Source: a virus (lineage: Duplodnaviria; Caudoviricetes). From it: DNA of 58,617 bases. Position numbers and translations under genes: made by a program. Below are positions 29,801-36,531 of this stretch, piece by piece; the stretch's first letter is position 1, and every line of letters begins with the position of its first letter. The DNA is taken from IMG/VR virus record IMGVR_UViG_3300020455_000016, positions 1 to 58,617 of that record; one strand, 5' to 3'. The notes beneath the pieces are model-generated. The model saw only the letters and a list, made by a program, of their open reading frames with translations, searched no databases and had not been told where the DNA came from.

Positions 29801-32800
29801 CTCTAGGTACGATAGTACCACCAGTAGAAGCGTTGAACTTATAAAGAACGTTGTCTGGGTTAGAAAGATCTAGAATACTATCATCTTGCCACTCTTCTAA
29901 TGCTGAATTATAATTGAAGATAGGTACTGTACCTGTAACCTGTACAGAAGCAAGGTTATTAAGATTAGCAGCACTGATAGTACTTGTTAAAATATTTGTT
30001 AATGTAATGATGCTAGATTGTACATCAGAACATGCCTGTGGATTACCAGATAAACCATAGTCAATATCTGGTGCACCTTGAGTACCAGCAACTGCTGGTC
30101 CTGGACTAACATCTAAATTTTTCGCATATAATTGGTTGCTGACTGCTTTTGTCATTGCATCACGAGCACCATTAAATGCAGTAACAGACTCGGCAACCTC
30201 ACCTGTTAATCCATTAACGATTGGATTACCATCACGATCAAAATATGTCTTTGTATTAGAAATGGTATTACTATTACCACCATTTTTCAAGTCAGATACA
30301 ACAGCATCAATAAAATACCCAATATCTCTCTTGCATTTTTCTTCTCCTGCAGGAATCTTTGCAGAAACTGATTCTACAGGTAGATTAGTTAGATTACCAT
30401 CAGTAATTGTTGATGTAACAAGAGCAGTTAAGTTTCCAATAAATGACTGAATATCAGCACAAAGGTTAACATTCTCTCTATTATTCTGGTTATCAGCAAA
30501 TGTTACTGAATTTTCAGTAGATTCTACAAACGTATGACCATAATTACCACCAGTAATCAATGCTCCAGAAATTGCATCATGGAATGTATGAGCAGTAACG
30601 TTAGAAGATGTACCGACATTAAGTTTTATCTTACCATCTTGTCTTGTTAAACTATTAGCAACTGAACTTTCCCATGTATGATTATAGTTACCACCAGCAG
30701 TTACTGCACCAGGATCTGAACCAACATATTGGTGTACAGAGGTATCAGGAGAAATACCAATATCAACTGTAACTGTTGTACCAGTTGTAGATATAATTGG
30801 AAGTAACGAATTGTATGCTGGATCACTAGTACGAGGATATGAGTGAATACTCTGATTACTATCATATCCACATGTGAAATCTATAGTATTAGCACCAATC
30901 TTGATTGAATCACCTGCTTTTACTATTCCTGAAGGAGTTGCAGAAACCCACTCATGAGCATATGCACCACCAGTCTTAACTGCATCAGCAACTGCTTCTG
31001 AAAATGTGTGTAAGTAGTTACCACCACTAATTACTGCACCACTATTTGCTGTTACAAATGTATGAACAGATTGATCAGATGAAACACCAACATTAACTGA
31101 AATTTTACCAGTCTGTTTCTTCATTCCACCTGCTACAGAACCTTGGAATGTATGTTGTGAAGTATTATATGATGTTCCTACCTGAACTGTAAAATTGTCA
31201 TCTGTTACATTACTAATTTGCAACCATCTTCCTACTACAGGATCTGTAGCTCTAGGATATGTGTGTTGAGTAGCATTGCTATCCTTCTCACAAGTAAATA
31301 TTAAAGAATTTGGTTCAAAACTAACTCTATCGCCACTATTAAATCCATGACCTGTTAACTTAACAGTTAATTCTCCAGTAATTGGATTATAAGCACTACC
31401 AATTTCTGGTTGATGAGAAGTTACTGCAACATTAGTAATAGTAACAGCAGTATCGTATGCTGGATCATCAGCAGTTGCACCACCTTGACCAGTTGCACGA
31501 GGATATAAATGCTGGGTTTGATCACTATCAGCAGCACATGTAAAGATAATTGATTCGTTCTCTAACTTAATGCTAGATCCTTCAATTAAATCATGCTGTC
31601 CAATATCTAATACAAGATTACCTGTAGAAGGAGTATAATCTGCATCAGAAACGTTATAATTTACAATAGGAGATGAACCTACATTAATAGTAATATCTCC
31701 ATTTTGCTTCTTAAGACCAAAATCAGTAGCACTAACAAAAATATGTTGTGATATATCTTCTGATACACCAACAGTAACATCAAACGTTTGGAAATTAGTC
31801 CCCTGAATGTTTACACTCGCTACATTACTTATAGTTAACCACTGACCACTAACAGGATCAGTAGAACGAGGATAAGGATGGTTAGATTGGTTATTATCTC
31901 TAGCACAAGTAAATGTTATAGACTCATCTGCAAGCATTATTTTGTCACCATTCTGGAATCCAGTTCCAGAAGTGGTTATTGACAATACACCAGCAACAGG
32001 ATCATATTCAGCAGTATTTACAGTAAAATCTGTTGTACCAACAGATGTGATAGCAGTTGGTTCATGTGAAACAGGATCTGTTGCACGAGGATAAGTCTTA
32101 ATAGAACTATTACCATCCATCTCACAAGTAAACTTGAGAGAATCCTGATTTATCATCAAGTTGGTTCCTGATTTTAAATCATGAGATCCAACAGTTAATG
32201 TTAAATCACCATTTGCAGGGTTATATGTAGCACCTGTAGGTGTATAATTTACAGTAGGAGTTGCACCAACATTAACTTTGAATGAATCATTAGCAATGTC
32301 AGTAATTGGTAAGAATTTACCACTTGCAGGGTCAGTAGATCTTGGATATGCATGCTCGGAATTCTTTCCGTCCATATCACAAATGAATACTAATGATCCA
32401 TCTTCTATCTTAATTCTATCACCATCAGTATATCCATGATTATTAATGCTAATTACTAGATCACCAGTAACAGGATCAAAAGTAGCACCTTCTGCTGTTT
32501 TATTAGTAGGTCCACTAAAAGAATGAGTACCAATCTCAAGTTCCAACAAACCTGTTGTTGGAGTATAGTCAGCATCACTAACATTATATGCTACATCAGG
32601 TGAAATACCAACATTAACTTCAAATGATGTTGCATCTACATTAGAAATCGGCAACCACTGCTTACTAGCAGGGTCTGTAGGACGTGGATATGCATGATCA
32701 GTAGAATAACCATCTTTTGCACACTTAAAGGTTATAGCACCATCATCCAACTTAATGAAATCACCATTTTGGAAAGTATGAGCTCCAATATCAATTGTTA

Positions 32801-34124
32801 AAATACCAGTAGTTGCATTATACTTTGTCTCTGAAGTAGGAGTATATGTAGTACCAACACTAGTAATTTGTAATGCTGCGTTGTATGCTGGGTCAGTAGT
32901 ACGAGGATATGGATGAGTAGTAGCACCACCATCTTCATCACACTTGAATATGATTGATTCTCCTGCTAATTTAACAGTTTCACCTTTTCCAAGTGTATGA
33001 GCACCAATATCAAGTATTAATTCACCAGTTGTAGGATCATACTCTGCACCTGTTGGTGTGTAGTTAACGATAGGTGTAGCACCAACATTAACTTCTATGT
33101 GGTTAGCATCTGCTACATTTACGATCTCTAGGTACTTACCAGCAGCAGGGTCACTTAATCGTGGATATGTATGATTAGATACATTATTATCCTGATCACA
33201 AGTAAATGTAAGTGAATTTGCCTCAATATTGATGTGATCACCAACTGATAACTGGTGATTTGTAATTTCTAATATTAACTTACCATCAGCAGGAGTGTAA
33301 TCAACATCAGATGGTTTAAATTGCTTTGTTACAGAACCATAATCAGATCCTGGTGCATTATCAGCAGTAATTGTTAGATCTTGTGCTGATAACTGGTTAG
33401 CAATAGCAAGGAACATATTGTCTCTTGCTTTATTAAATCCAAAAATTGCTTCTGCTTCTTCGCCTTGTAAACTACCATTCAACCATGTCTGTCCAGATTC
33501 ATTAAAGAATGTCTGAAGGAATTTACGTGTGTATTGATTACCATCTGCTTGAGCAACATCAAGTGATATTGCATCAATAAAGAGACCTAAATCTCTTTTA
33601 CACTTATCTTCATATTGCCCATGAGTAGAATATTGAGCAAGAGTAGCATTCCAAGAATTATTAATAATTTCTTGACGGTTTAATTGAGAAAGTCTAAATG
33701 CGTCCTTATATCTTGAGTAGTCTTCAGTTTGATTATCTGTAGGGTAGAAAAAGTCAGGGTGATTTATAGCAATTTCAGCAGCACCACGATCAATAATTGT
33801 CTGCCTATTTGCAATAATTAGATTAGCACCATCAAAATATCTTGCTTCAGGATTAGCAGCCTCAACTAATCCAGGTCTGTTATCAATATAGTGATTACCA
33901 GGCATCAACATGATGCTAAACTGGTCGAATCTATCGTTATCCTTACCTGGAAGATAAGAATACCTAGAAACCTCTATAAAAGCTCTCTGAATCGTCTTGA
34001 ATGGACGTAGAGGTGAATTACCTCTGTTATCTAACTCATCAGTCGCATTAAAATCATCTGGCGACACATATAGGTACTTACCTGTTTTACTTGAATATAG
34101 GTTATCAAGTCTTGTTAAGGGCAT
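20874..34124 (-). CDS. Giant virion structural / fibre protein (4416 aa)
   Basis: MPLTRLDNL...YVSPDDFNATD...GNS..RPFKTIQRA N-terminus of the conserved cyanomyovirus giant protein; beta-helix-like segments; C-terminal LPQNPLIGDMIRIID...GWYL; late promoter upstream. Confidence 0.85.
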   Translation of the reverse strand: MPLTRLDNLYSSKTGKYLYVSPDDFNATDELDNRGNSPLRPFKTIQRAFIEVSRYSYLPGKDNDRFDQFSIMLMPGNHYIDNRPGLVEAANPEARYFDGANLIIANRQTIIDRGAAEIAINHPDFFYPTDNQTEDYSRYKDAFRLSQLNRQEIINNSWNATLAQYSTHGQYEDKCKRDLGLFIDAISLDVAQADGNQYTRKFLQTFFNESGQTWLNGSLQGEEAEAIFGFNKARDNMFLAIANQLSAQDLTITADNAPGSDYGSVTKQFKPSDVDYTPADGKLILEITNHQLSVGDHINIEANSLTFTCDQDNNVSNHTYPRLSDPAAGKYLEIVNVADANHIEVNVGATPIVNYTPTGAEYDPTTGELILDIGAHTLGKGETVKLAGESIIFKCDEDGGATTHPYPRTTDPAYNAALQITSVGTTYTPTSETKYNATTGILTIDIGAHTFQNGDFIKLDDGAITFKCAKDGYSTDHAYPRPTDPASKQWLPISNVDATSFEVNVGISPDVAYNVSDADYTPTTGLLELEIGTHSFSGPTNKTAEGATFDPVTGDLVISINNHGYTDGDRIKIEDGSLVFICDMDGKNSEHAYPRSTDPASGKFLPITDIANDSFKVNVGATPTVNYTPTGATYNPANGDLTLTVGSHDLKSGTNLMINQDSLKFTCEMDGNSSIKTYPRATDPVSHEPTAITSVGTTDFTVNTAEYDPVAGVLSITTSGTGFQNGDKIMLADESITFTCARDNNQSNHPYPRSTDPVSGQWLTISNVASVNIQGTNFQTFDVTVGVSEDISQHIFVSATDFGLKKQNGDITINVGSSPIVNYNVSDADYTPSTGNLVLDIGQHDLIEGSSIKLENESIIFTCAADSDQTQHLYPRATGQGGATADDPAYDTAVTITNVAVTSHQPEIGSAYNPITGELTVKLTGHGFNSGDRVSFEPNSLIFTCEKDSNATQHTYPRATDPVVGRWLQISNVTDDNFTVQVGTSYNTSQHTFQGSVAGGMKKQTGKISVNVGVSSDQSVHTFVTANSGAVISGGNYLHTFSEAVADAVKTGGAYAHEWVSATPSGIVKAGDSIKIGANTIDFTCGYDSNQSIHSYPRTSDPAYNSLLPIISTTGTTVTVDIGISPDTSVHQYVGSDPGAVTAGGNYNHTWESSVANSLTRQDGKIKLNVGTSSNVTAHTFHDAISGALITGGNYGHTFVESTENSVTFADNQNNRENVNLCADIQSFIGNLTALVTSTITDGNLTNLPVESVSAKIPAGEEKCKRDIGYFIDAVVSDLKNGGNSNTISNTKTYFDRDGNPIVNGLTGEVAESVTAFNGARDAMTKAVSNQLYAKNLDVSPGPAVAGTQGAPDIDYGLSGNPQACSDVQSSIITLTNILTSTISAANLNNLASVQVTGTVPIFNYNSALEEWQDDSILDLSNPDNVLYKFNASTGGTIVPRGCSLIGYDLRRTIVRPLYVPDCIDGDQPRSSVFNLTGGCYLWQFTIKDGDLSTNSPLYDAADNVGKVYNKKGDFSSLSVPEYSHHKLTVMTYAGNDELDLYYTKVGKAFAQFQPTIDDGEFDALVQETRIVGPLSDTRSIESIKIEDNAGGSSSTLSVTTKIDHGYFVGQYVAVLNTGLSNEINGTWKVTTIDSTNDKLFTYEIPTNAAGLGLVSGATYTAAAGQLGSGALIQAEIDSVESASPYVFNCSIRSTWGICGMWADGSMVTGFKSMVVAQYTGVSLQKDDRAFIRYDRFNNTWNQASLSDAFATVPYHTKGDAFWKDDWRNFHIKCTDDAFIQAVSVFAVGFHNHFLLESGGDMSITNSNSNFGNTSLHSKGFKGFAFNQDKGGYIDAIIPPKVVNTSATATVKQQYYTLDIEKSNDQSNHTKLFLSGDNNQSPADRPAANIGGYRIGAKSGEELYVKLQSVGAGGKQTYHAELSPSGWTSYTASLSTLKPADFNTSFEIGGDATDDFNTAQDAATLIERNKDWIASETYGYITAKYPALVTNPAITITKCARDIGYFVDAVIKDLRVGGNINSINAGESYIQGNTVNYITNELSETLDAMDHAKRLMFGAMRNFTLLIKNCTFTQNSSNVIVGDTSGLVSGMTVTEYLQSDFTEGYVDTTATSAVVNNIPGSNLVIDQVINATTISIKDRSTGSPYTVTSAGTSTAWLYFKNTATYATESQYTDETITIDTQYPECTNIASAIQGYYDTFNLILSGNASSITRVEAIINSSSLSGRATIFTIATGGGQSDPHGWTTGTPVRLVPKANYALDKRLVRLPVGFATNQIYYVIAPGRETYPKTWHGAGKEFDRTNSTKLMLAASKENAAAGIYIFSPETDYVDTGVDVEIQQYVLDDKYDLHRYICNVSGTNIETDIPHVFDMPLDSVSVQKIFFKTSADASSQLPTIAGGGVVDSNTYYYPRWVTKTKFSVHTSESDARAGVNAVVFTANSGSDFLAYGDKITSPLKYDAEVYQRWYLNVKPDSVGGADPNNILTRFHAADFLDGTGNLFSPDTWFERLEDERTPDDRIYRLRYVIPQYLQNVREPLNGYVIKTRTDDRRKLRPQKFYLEPFSNGAPDVAEFSNPARPTEQLGLSLTDLDTAGVTDLDNDNLFYDAYNNGLQIEFDSKVKVTIQSAKTVQNNLSDDRLELTVFDHTVDNALLKNEQFVIIKITPPQGAGIQTDLLNNTETNFVTWTGNNTGTGYVHGYYTDPISSDDYVILKNTTGKLEYDASLTTTFTQSNGTFWLLNGNPDAAGTTDDKSRSSLSNYLYRVAGANVYTVTPGDKVTTPTGHTYTIAGLSDVPEIEDTFYIFNSETIQEVIPNQQEGIYYLTCVRGNISPFPTGAGVGNNFQNYKFSQPISNLYPLNFKNDPLWFQVQVDGSRDTTKLDPPSSVAAAHNYIHGYVTLNDSKFSETKEAVVDLLETDPLAPYEYTNSTSDLASNIIDNRIQAQSGNASIGSENRQISIAGDSAYPLEGRFYVELRRPSIARSGNHTFEYLGFGPGNYSTGFPVRQEVVLSDKQDFYAQAKREDGGIVFYTGLNSNGDLYIGNKKINAITGEETFLEQALLLETEDDDDKIGVLVTTFDTAVTFNDKITVEGEAFFQNPVTITVDPSVGDSLRVQSLIDASTGDPTLSRQSFINNKSGDIVLTENQVNAAVFAFNPRGNLSDPGQVYTIKTHYTGGKPSNTTPNQTALVASGGNSFYAEQTITYGSSNTPVDGDILLKGKEVGKSGSWGWIYANYYTEITDSNILKVTADNTTTVEIEWQVGSDNAGLGVQVGNLLRISNFSNTFINGIWTITEADQAGVDNNKCKIVVYNTIGAEVYDWDSQGAGAKLEVSNSSWKELGVIGAEVLRTETQVPGDLQLGVNTIARMAIEGALTGHVNEDTEPRANLDVVGTAFISGKSLVTYDANGDVTANNYLSEPSNNKTYFDVTNAFLVGGDSATPNNAATLRVSTANGGRVGINTTIGLAAENELDKNLVVVGDARFTGNVQITEDLSVDGGDINSTAGTFNFVNTDTDFFIGLNNAESIVLGNNTTQSQQINVGNNVAVGQTHTFRMGASAGNSILEIHKGTSSSIVDIGSATDQVTSSCTITLGGAAANPASSTLIGTYQTKTAGTLEIGSFAGTSETRIFTQAGKVNVFDGTDTTHLTLGLNSSKVEIASLGGSTTVRNSLNILASTTGNSDIKLVGGQKAGIIEIERDRFGAGRSTHVVGSLENPNVDFLKYSNTGKLIDTQGVGPWGGDSYLVSSGQIVNIDTISPSQSSTWVANTTYSFVEVTGGQGTGALFTVIVDASGNATIEVVAPGSNYVDNDDLTISAASLGNPSGDDITFKVQGVNASGSLYVLPITQPSVTDFKIGDLLLIERGHASSPNGLNPNGTTLTKNENQNEIVRVEGLINITNGNDPDGYRLAVSRGLDGTTKRTDHPDDCVIAKLDKQVNATYITGFDLDLDDEIDPISSLLLSNTDIAGTTLVSTGNDILTINWGNSKTNADLSIDYGESIAISGSTTSELNGEWIVQSGLTPTGTSCTVKIGGNLAAGTVLWDNEPTEAEIRVKSASNLIDDDQNVRIGVAEFGGVLTEFDYLLLSDTEIVKVVDLISTEIKSLIVTDGGDPENRTFEVQSLTGNTKLQGDLGVGQGYNKLTVNAVTGDTTIAGKLTIEDSFTLNGSVVEETEWFRLTNGGSNTITKRTTLEVDTATGDLTINGGDIDIFGDDGTTPRLKFVNSSGDFTSYGSFSALGTGTSTFGGDLVVTKDATINGGDLTINSGGNKIFSVENDGAVNIAGISNYFTQTGGRKWEYSADFEINAAVNTNYVLDVSQNTVVKLPQNPLIGDMIRIIDIGGLLTYNMSLVIRAATNVKVQNASDNTGTAMLSGNTADLSAYQGGELVVQTPFAGFALLYVGNSTPDGGTAAPTSKTGWYLIEV
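30498..33330 (-). repeat. Nine nested ~100-aa beta-domain repeats inside the giant protein
   Basis: Nine YPR motifs, each preceded by F.C..D, and nine closing H.[FWY] strands. Confidence 0.85.
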
Positions 34125-34156
34125 AACTAACCGAACCGTGCTACTTCTACTTGTTG

Positions 34157-34164
34157 TATTTATA
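34157..34164 (-). promoter_or_regulatory. T4-type late promoter
   Basis: TATAAATA 32 bp upstream of the giant gene. Confidence 0.8.
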
Positions 34165-34184
34165 CTATGAAATCCACAATGACA

Positions 34185-34697
34185 TTATGATGGCGATATT
34201 TTCTTAAATTCGAAACTACCATGCTTCGAACCCCATATTTGTTCTGCTGTTCCCACTTTAAAACCTCTATCTACAACATTATAATAATCTTTACCTAAAA
34301 CCACATCAGTTTGTAAATATGTCATTTCATTTTTCCATGGAACAAGACAGTCACAATGATTATTACTTCCTCTAAATTCTCTTCCATTAAAAGTGCATAT
34401 ATTATCACATTCAGGTTTAGGGGTTAATTCCAAAGATTCCAAATCTTTGAAACCCCTATGCTTTGGTTTGTCGAACGTAAAGTTCTTAATTCTTATATTA
34501 TCTCCCTCTTCTACTGGTTCTATAACAAATGTCCTATACGGGGAATTTAACTGATAGTTATATGCTTGTTCCCCGTAAAAATAGTTTCCTACCCGTTTAT
34601 GAATAATCCTGACCATAGCAAATCTGGCAGGATATGTAAACGCTTGTACTTTATTCTCCCATGTTCCTTCAAACCATTCACGAAATTTATCAATCAT
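34185..34697 (-). CDS. cpeT: CpeT/CpcT-like (T-type) phycobilin lyase
   Basis: WFEGTWENKVQAF.YP..FA.V...H, YGEQAY....PYR, CD...CDC, DRGF....QIWGS..G.FEFKK; MIDKF start chosen. Confidence 0.9.
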   Translation of the reverse strand: MIDKFREWFEGTWENKVQAFTYPARFAMVRIIHKRVGNYFYGEQAYNYQLNSPYRTFVIEPVEEGDNIRIKNFTFDKPKHRGFKDLESLELTPKPECDNICTFNGREFRGSNNHCDCLVPWKNEMTYLQTDVVLGKDYYNVVDRGFKVGTAEQIWGSKHGSFEFKKISPS

Positions 34698-35004
34698 CTT
34701 TTGGCAATAATTCAGGATCATTAACTGGTAATTCAAAACAGAGTGGATGGCATTCTTCCTCCATTAGGTACGAATGCCAACGATACAACTGTTCATCATA
34801 ATATTCTTCACTTTCTAATGCTTCAGTATGAACTGAAGGATGATCTTGTATAATCTGTGGTAATTCGTCGAAGGTGTAAGGAATACCCTGAATGAAATAC
34901 ATCCTTACCACATTACCCATATAAAAGACATACTTTTGTGAAAGTACGTACTCCATATCACTCGTCGTATACTCTACATTCGAATGCATCGGGATGATTG
35001 TCAC
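34690..35004 (-). CDS. Conserved cyanophage hypothetical protein
   Basis: VRMYFIQGIPYTFDELP...YLMEEECHPLCFEL motif. Confidence 0.8.
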   Translation of the reverse strand: MTIIPMHSNVEYTTSDMEYVLSQKYVFYMGNVVRMYFIQGIPYTFDELPQIIQDHPSVHTEALESEEYYDEQLYRWHSYLMEEECHPLCFELPVNDPELLPKDD

Positions 35005-35224
35005 AATAGACTTCTAGATGCTGATCCTCATGTCTTGTATGATAATCATTAATCTTACCCTCATTAGTATTTACTTCATCACCTTTATGGTATTCATCAT
35101 ACTCTGCATGAACATCCTTGAGATCTGCTTCACTATATTCCAACATACCATGATTGATATGCTCTTTCTTATCTTTAGGATCGATATAGACCTCGTGATC
35201 TAAATCGTGCTTTGGAGTTGTCAT
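34958..35224 (-). CDS. cp12: CP12-like Calvin-cycle inhibitor (atypical N-terminus)
   Basis: C-terminal LEVYCDNHPDAFECRVYDE is the CP12 C-terminal Cys pair. Confidence 0.8.
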   Translation of the reverse strand: MTTPKHDLDHEVYIDPKDKKEHINHGMLEYSEADLKDVHAEYDEYHKGDEVNTNEGKINDYHTRHEDQHLEVYCDNHPDAFECRVYDE

Positions 35225-35355
35225 ACTTTATCCTGTACAAGTTGTTCAGTTTTACGGAGATTTTCCAGTGCAGCTAGGAGTTCTGGAGTTTCTTCCCACT
35301 CCCACGTTTCTTCACGTCCCTTTTTGGTAGTACGTTTTAATGTCTTTTTGGTCAT
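35221..35355 (-). CDS. Small hypothetical protein (44 aa)
   Basis: MTKKTLKRTTKKGREETWEWEETPELLAALENLRK...; ATGA overlap with CP12. Confidence 0.65.
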   Translation of the reverse strand: MTKKTLKRTTKKGREETWEWEETPELLAALENLRKTEQLVQDKV

Positions 35356-35371
35356 ATTCTCCATTCGAACT

Positions 35372-35405
35372 TATTTATTATAGTCTTATATAGTTTTTGT
35401 GTCAA
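35372..35405 (-). promoter_or_regulatory. Tandem sigma70 promoter and late promoter
   Basis: TTGACA (35400-35405), 17 bp, TATAAT (35377-35382), overlapping AATAAATA (35372-35379). Confidence 0.8.
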
Positions 35406-35409
35406 GCTC

Positions 35410-35469
35410 GACTTTTTTGAGCAAATTTTGACGGAGAAAAAATTGCCAAATTCATACAATTCAATTAAG
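35410..35469. repeat. Dispersed ~60-bp element, degenerate copy
   Basis: gacttttttg-agcaaattttgacggagaaaaaattgccaaattcatacaa aligns with the copies at 46166 and 54111. Confidence 0.6.
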
Positions 35470-36531
35470 GTATATCTGGGCACCTTTGATAGTGATAGGT
35501 CCTTTTGATTCTATGTCTGTTTTACCCACAAATTTAAGGATATTAATTCCTCCTTTAAATTTTGCATCTATTCCCATAGTCGAGTTAATTTTTAACCCAG
35601 TTTTCTTTGCTGCTGCTATCTTAATCTCCCATGCAGTTGAGGCAACTGCATTAGGAATAGTTGGTTGTGCCTTAATCTCTGTATATCTTATTCCATCAAT
35701 TTGTTCATTTAATTTACCTTTCAACTTTAAACTAGCACCACCAATTCTTGATTTAAATAATAAATTTCCTTTACCATCTATTTCATATTTTCCACCAACT
35801 TTAAACCTATAATTTGCATCAGCAACTGCATTAATACTTCCTGCAGTATTAAATGCAACCTTTGATCCTGGCATTTTTTGGTTAATAGTATATTCACCAT
35901 CAATTTCTGAATGATGACCTTTTGATACTTCTTTATAAAATCCAGTAGCAACTGTATACTTTGCTGTTGTTACATTAACTTGTCCATTACCATCACCTGC
36001 TTCCAAGTTGATAGCATCACCTGCTTTTAAAGTAAGTGTCTTTCTTGCTTGTATAGTAACATTATCACCTAAAATATTTACATCACCACCAATAGATTCT
36101 ATAGCAGTCTCACCTGTAACATGAAGAGAATATGCTGGCATTTCTTCAGTCTTACCTTCCTTCGCTCTTTCCTGACTAGAACCAGTAAATTGTCCAGCAT
36201 AACTATGTCCTTTATCAAGGAAATCTGTACATATACGAACTATTTTACCTCCACAACCAGTATCTCCTGGTTTTCCTGTTGAGGTCTTACAATTACCATT
36301 CTCATCAAATAAAAGAGCACTAACACCATTTGTTAATGCATACCCACCTGGACCACCATTCTCACCTCTCCATGTCATTATAGTCCAACCATCTTGGGTT
36401 ACAGCAGTAGGACATGTCTTGATGAATTTACCATCATCATCTTTTCTACCACTTGCAGGTTCAGCAACAACGTTGACTGCTACACCTTTACCGTGTACTT
36501 TATCGTAATTATTAGTAGGATTCATGGGCAA
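35461..36531 (-). CDS. gp5 C-terminal-like beta-helical spike protein
   Basis: Repeating short beta-strand periodicity; ends ITIKGAQIYLN like gp5/gpV spikes; follows the gp5 N-terminal gene. Confidence 0.7.
   Translation of the reverse strand: MPMNPTNNYDKVHGKGVAVNVVAEPASGRKDDDGKFIKTCPTAVTQDGWTIMTWRGENGGPGGYALTNGVSALLFDENGNCKTSTGKPGDTGCGGKIVRICTDFLDKGHSYAGQFTGSSQERAKEGKTEEMPAYSLHVTGETAIESIGGDVNILGDNVTIQARKTLTLKAGDAINLEAGDGNGQVNVTTAKYTVATGFYKEVSKGHHSEIDGEYTINQKMPGSKVAFNTAGSINAVADANYRFKVGGKYEIDGKGNLLFKSRIGGASLKLKGKLNEQIDGIRYTEIKAQPTIPNAVASTAWEIKIAAAKKTGLKINSTMGIDAKFKGGINILKFVGKTDIESKGPITIKGAQIYLN

Noticed and set aside
12669-34124. Diversity-generating retroelement or invertible fibre cassette
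   Set aside because: I saw no reverse transcriptase, recombinase or near-identical template/variable repeat pair.
20874-34124. Intein as the cause of the giant protein's insertions
   Set aside because: No intein splice-junction or homing-endonuclease motifs; the inserts are copies of structural domains.
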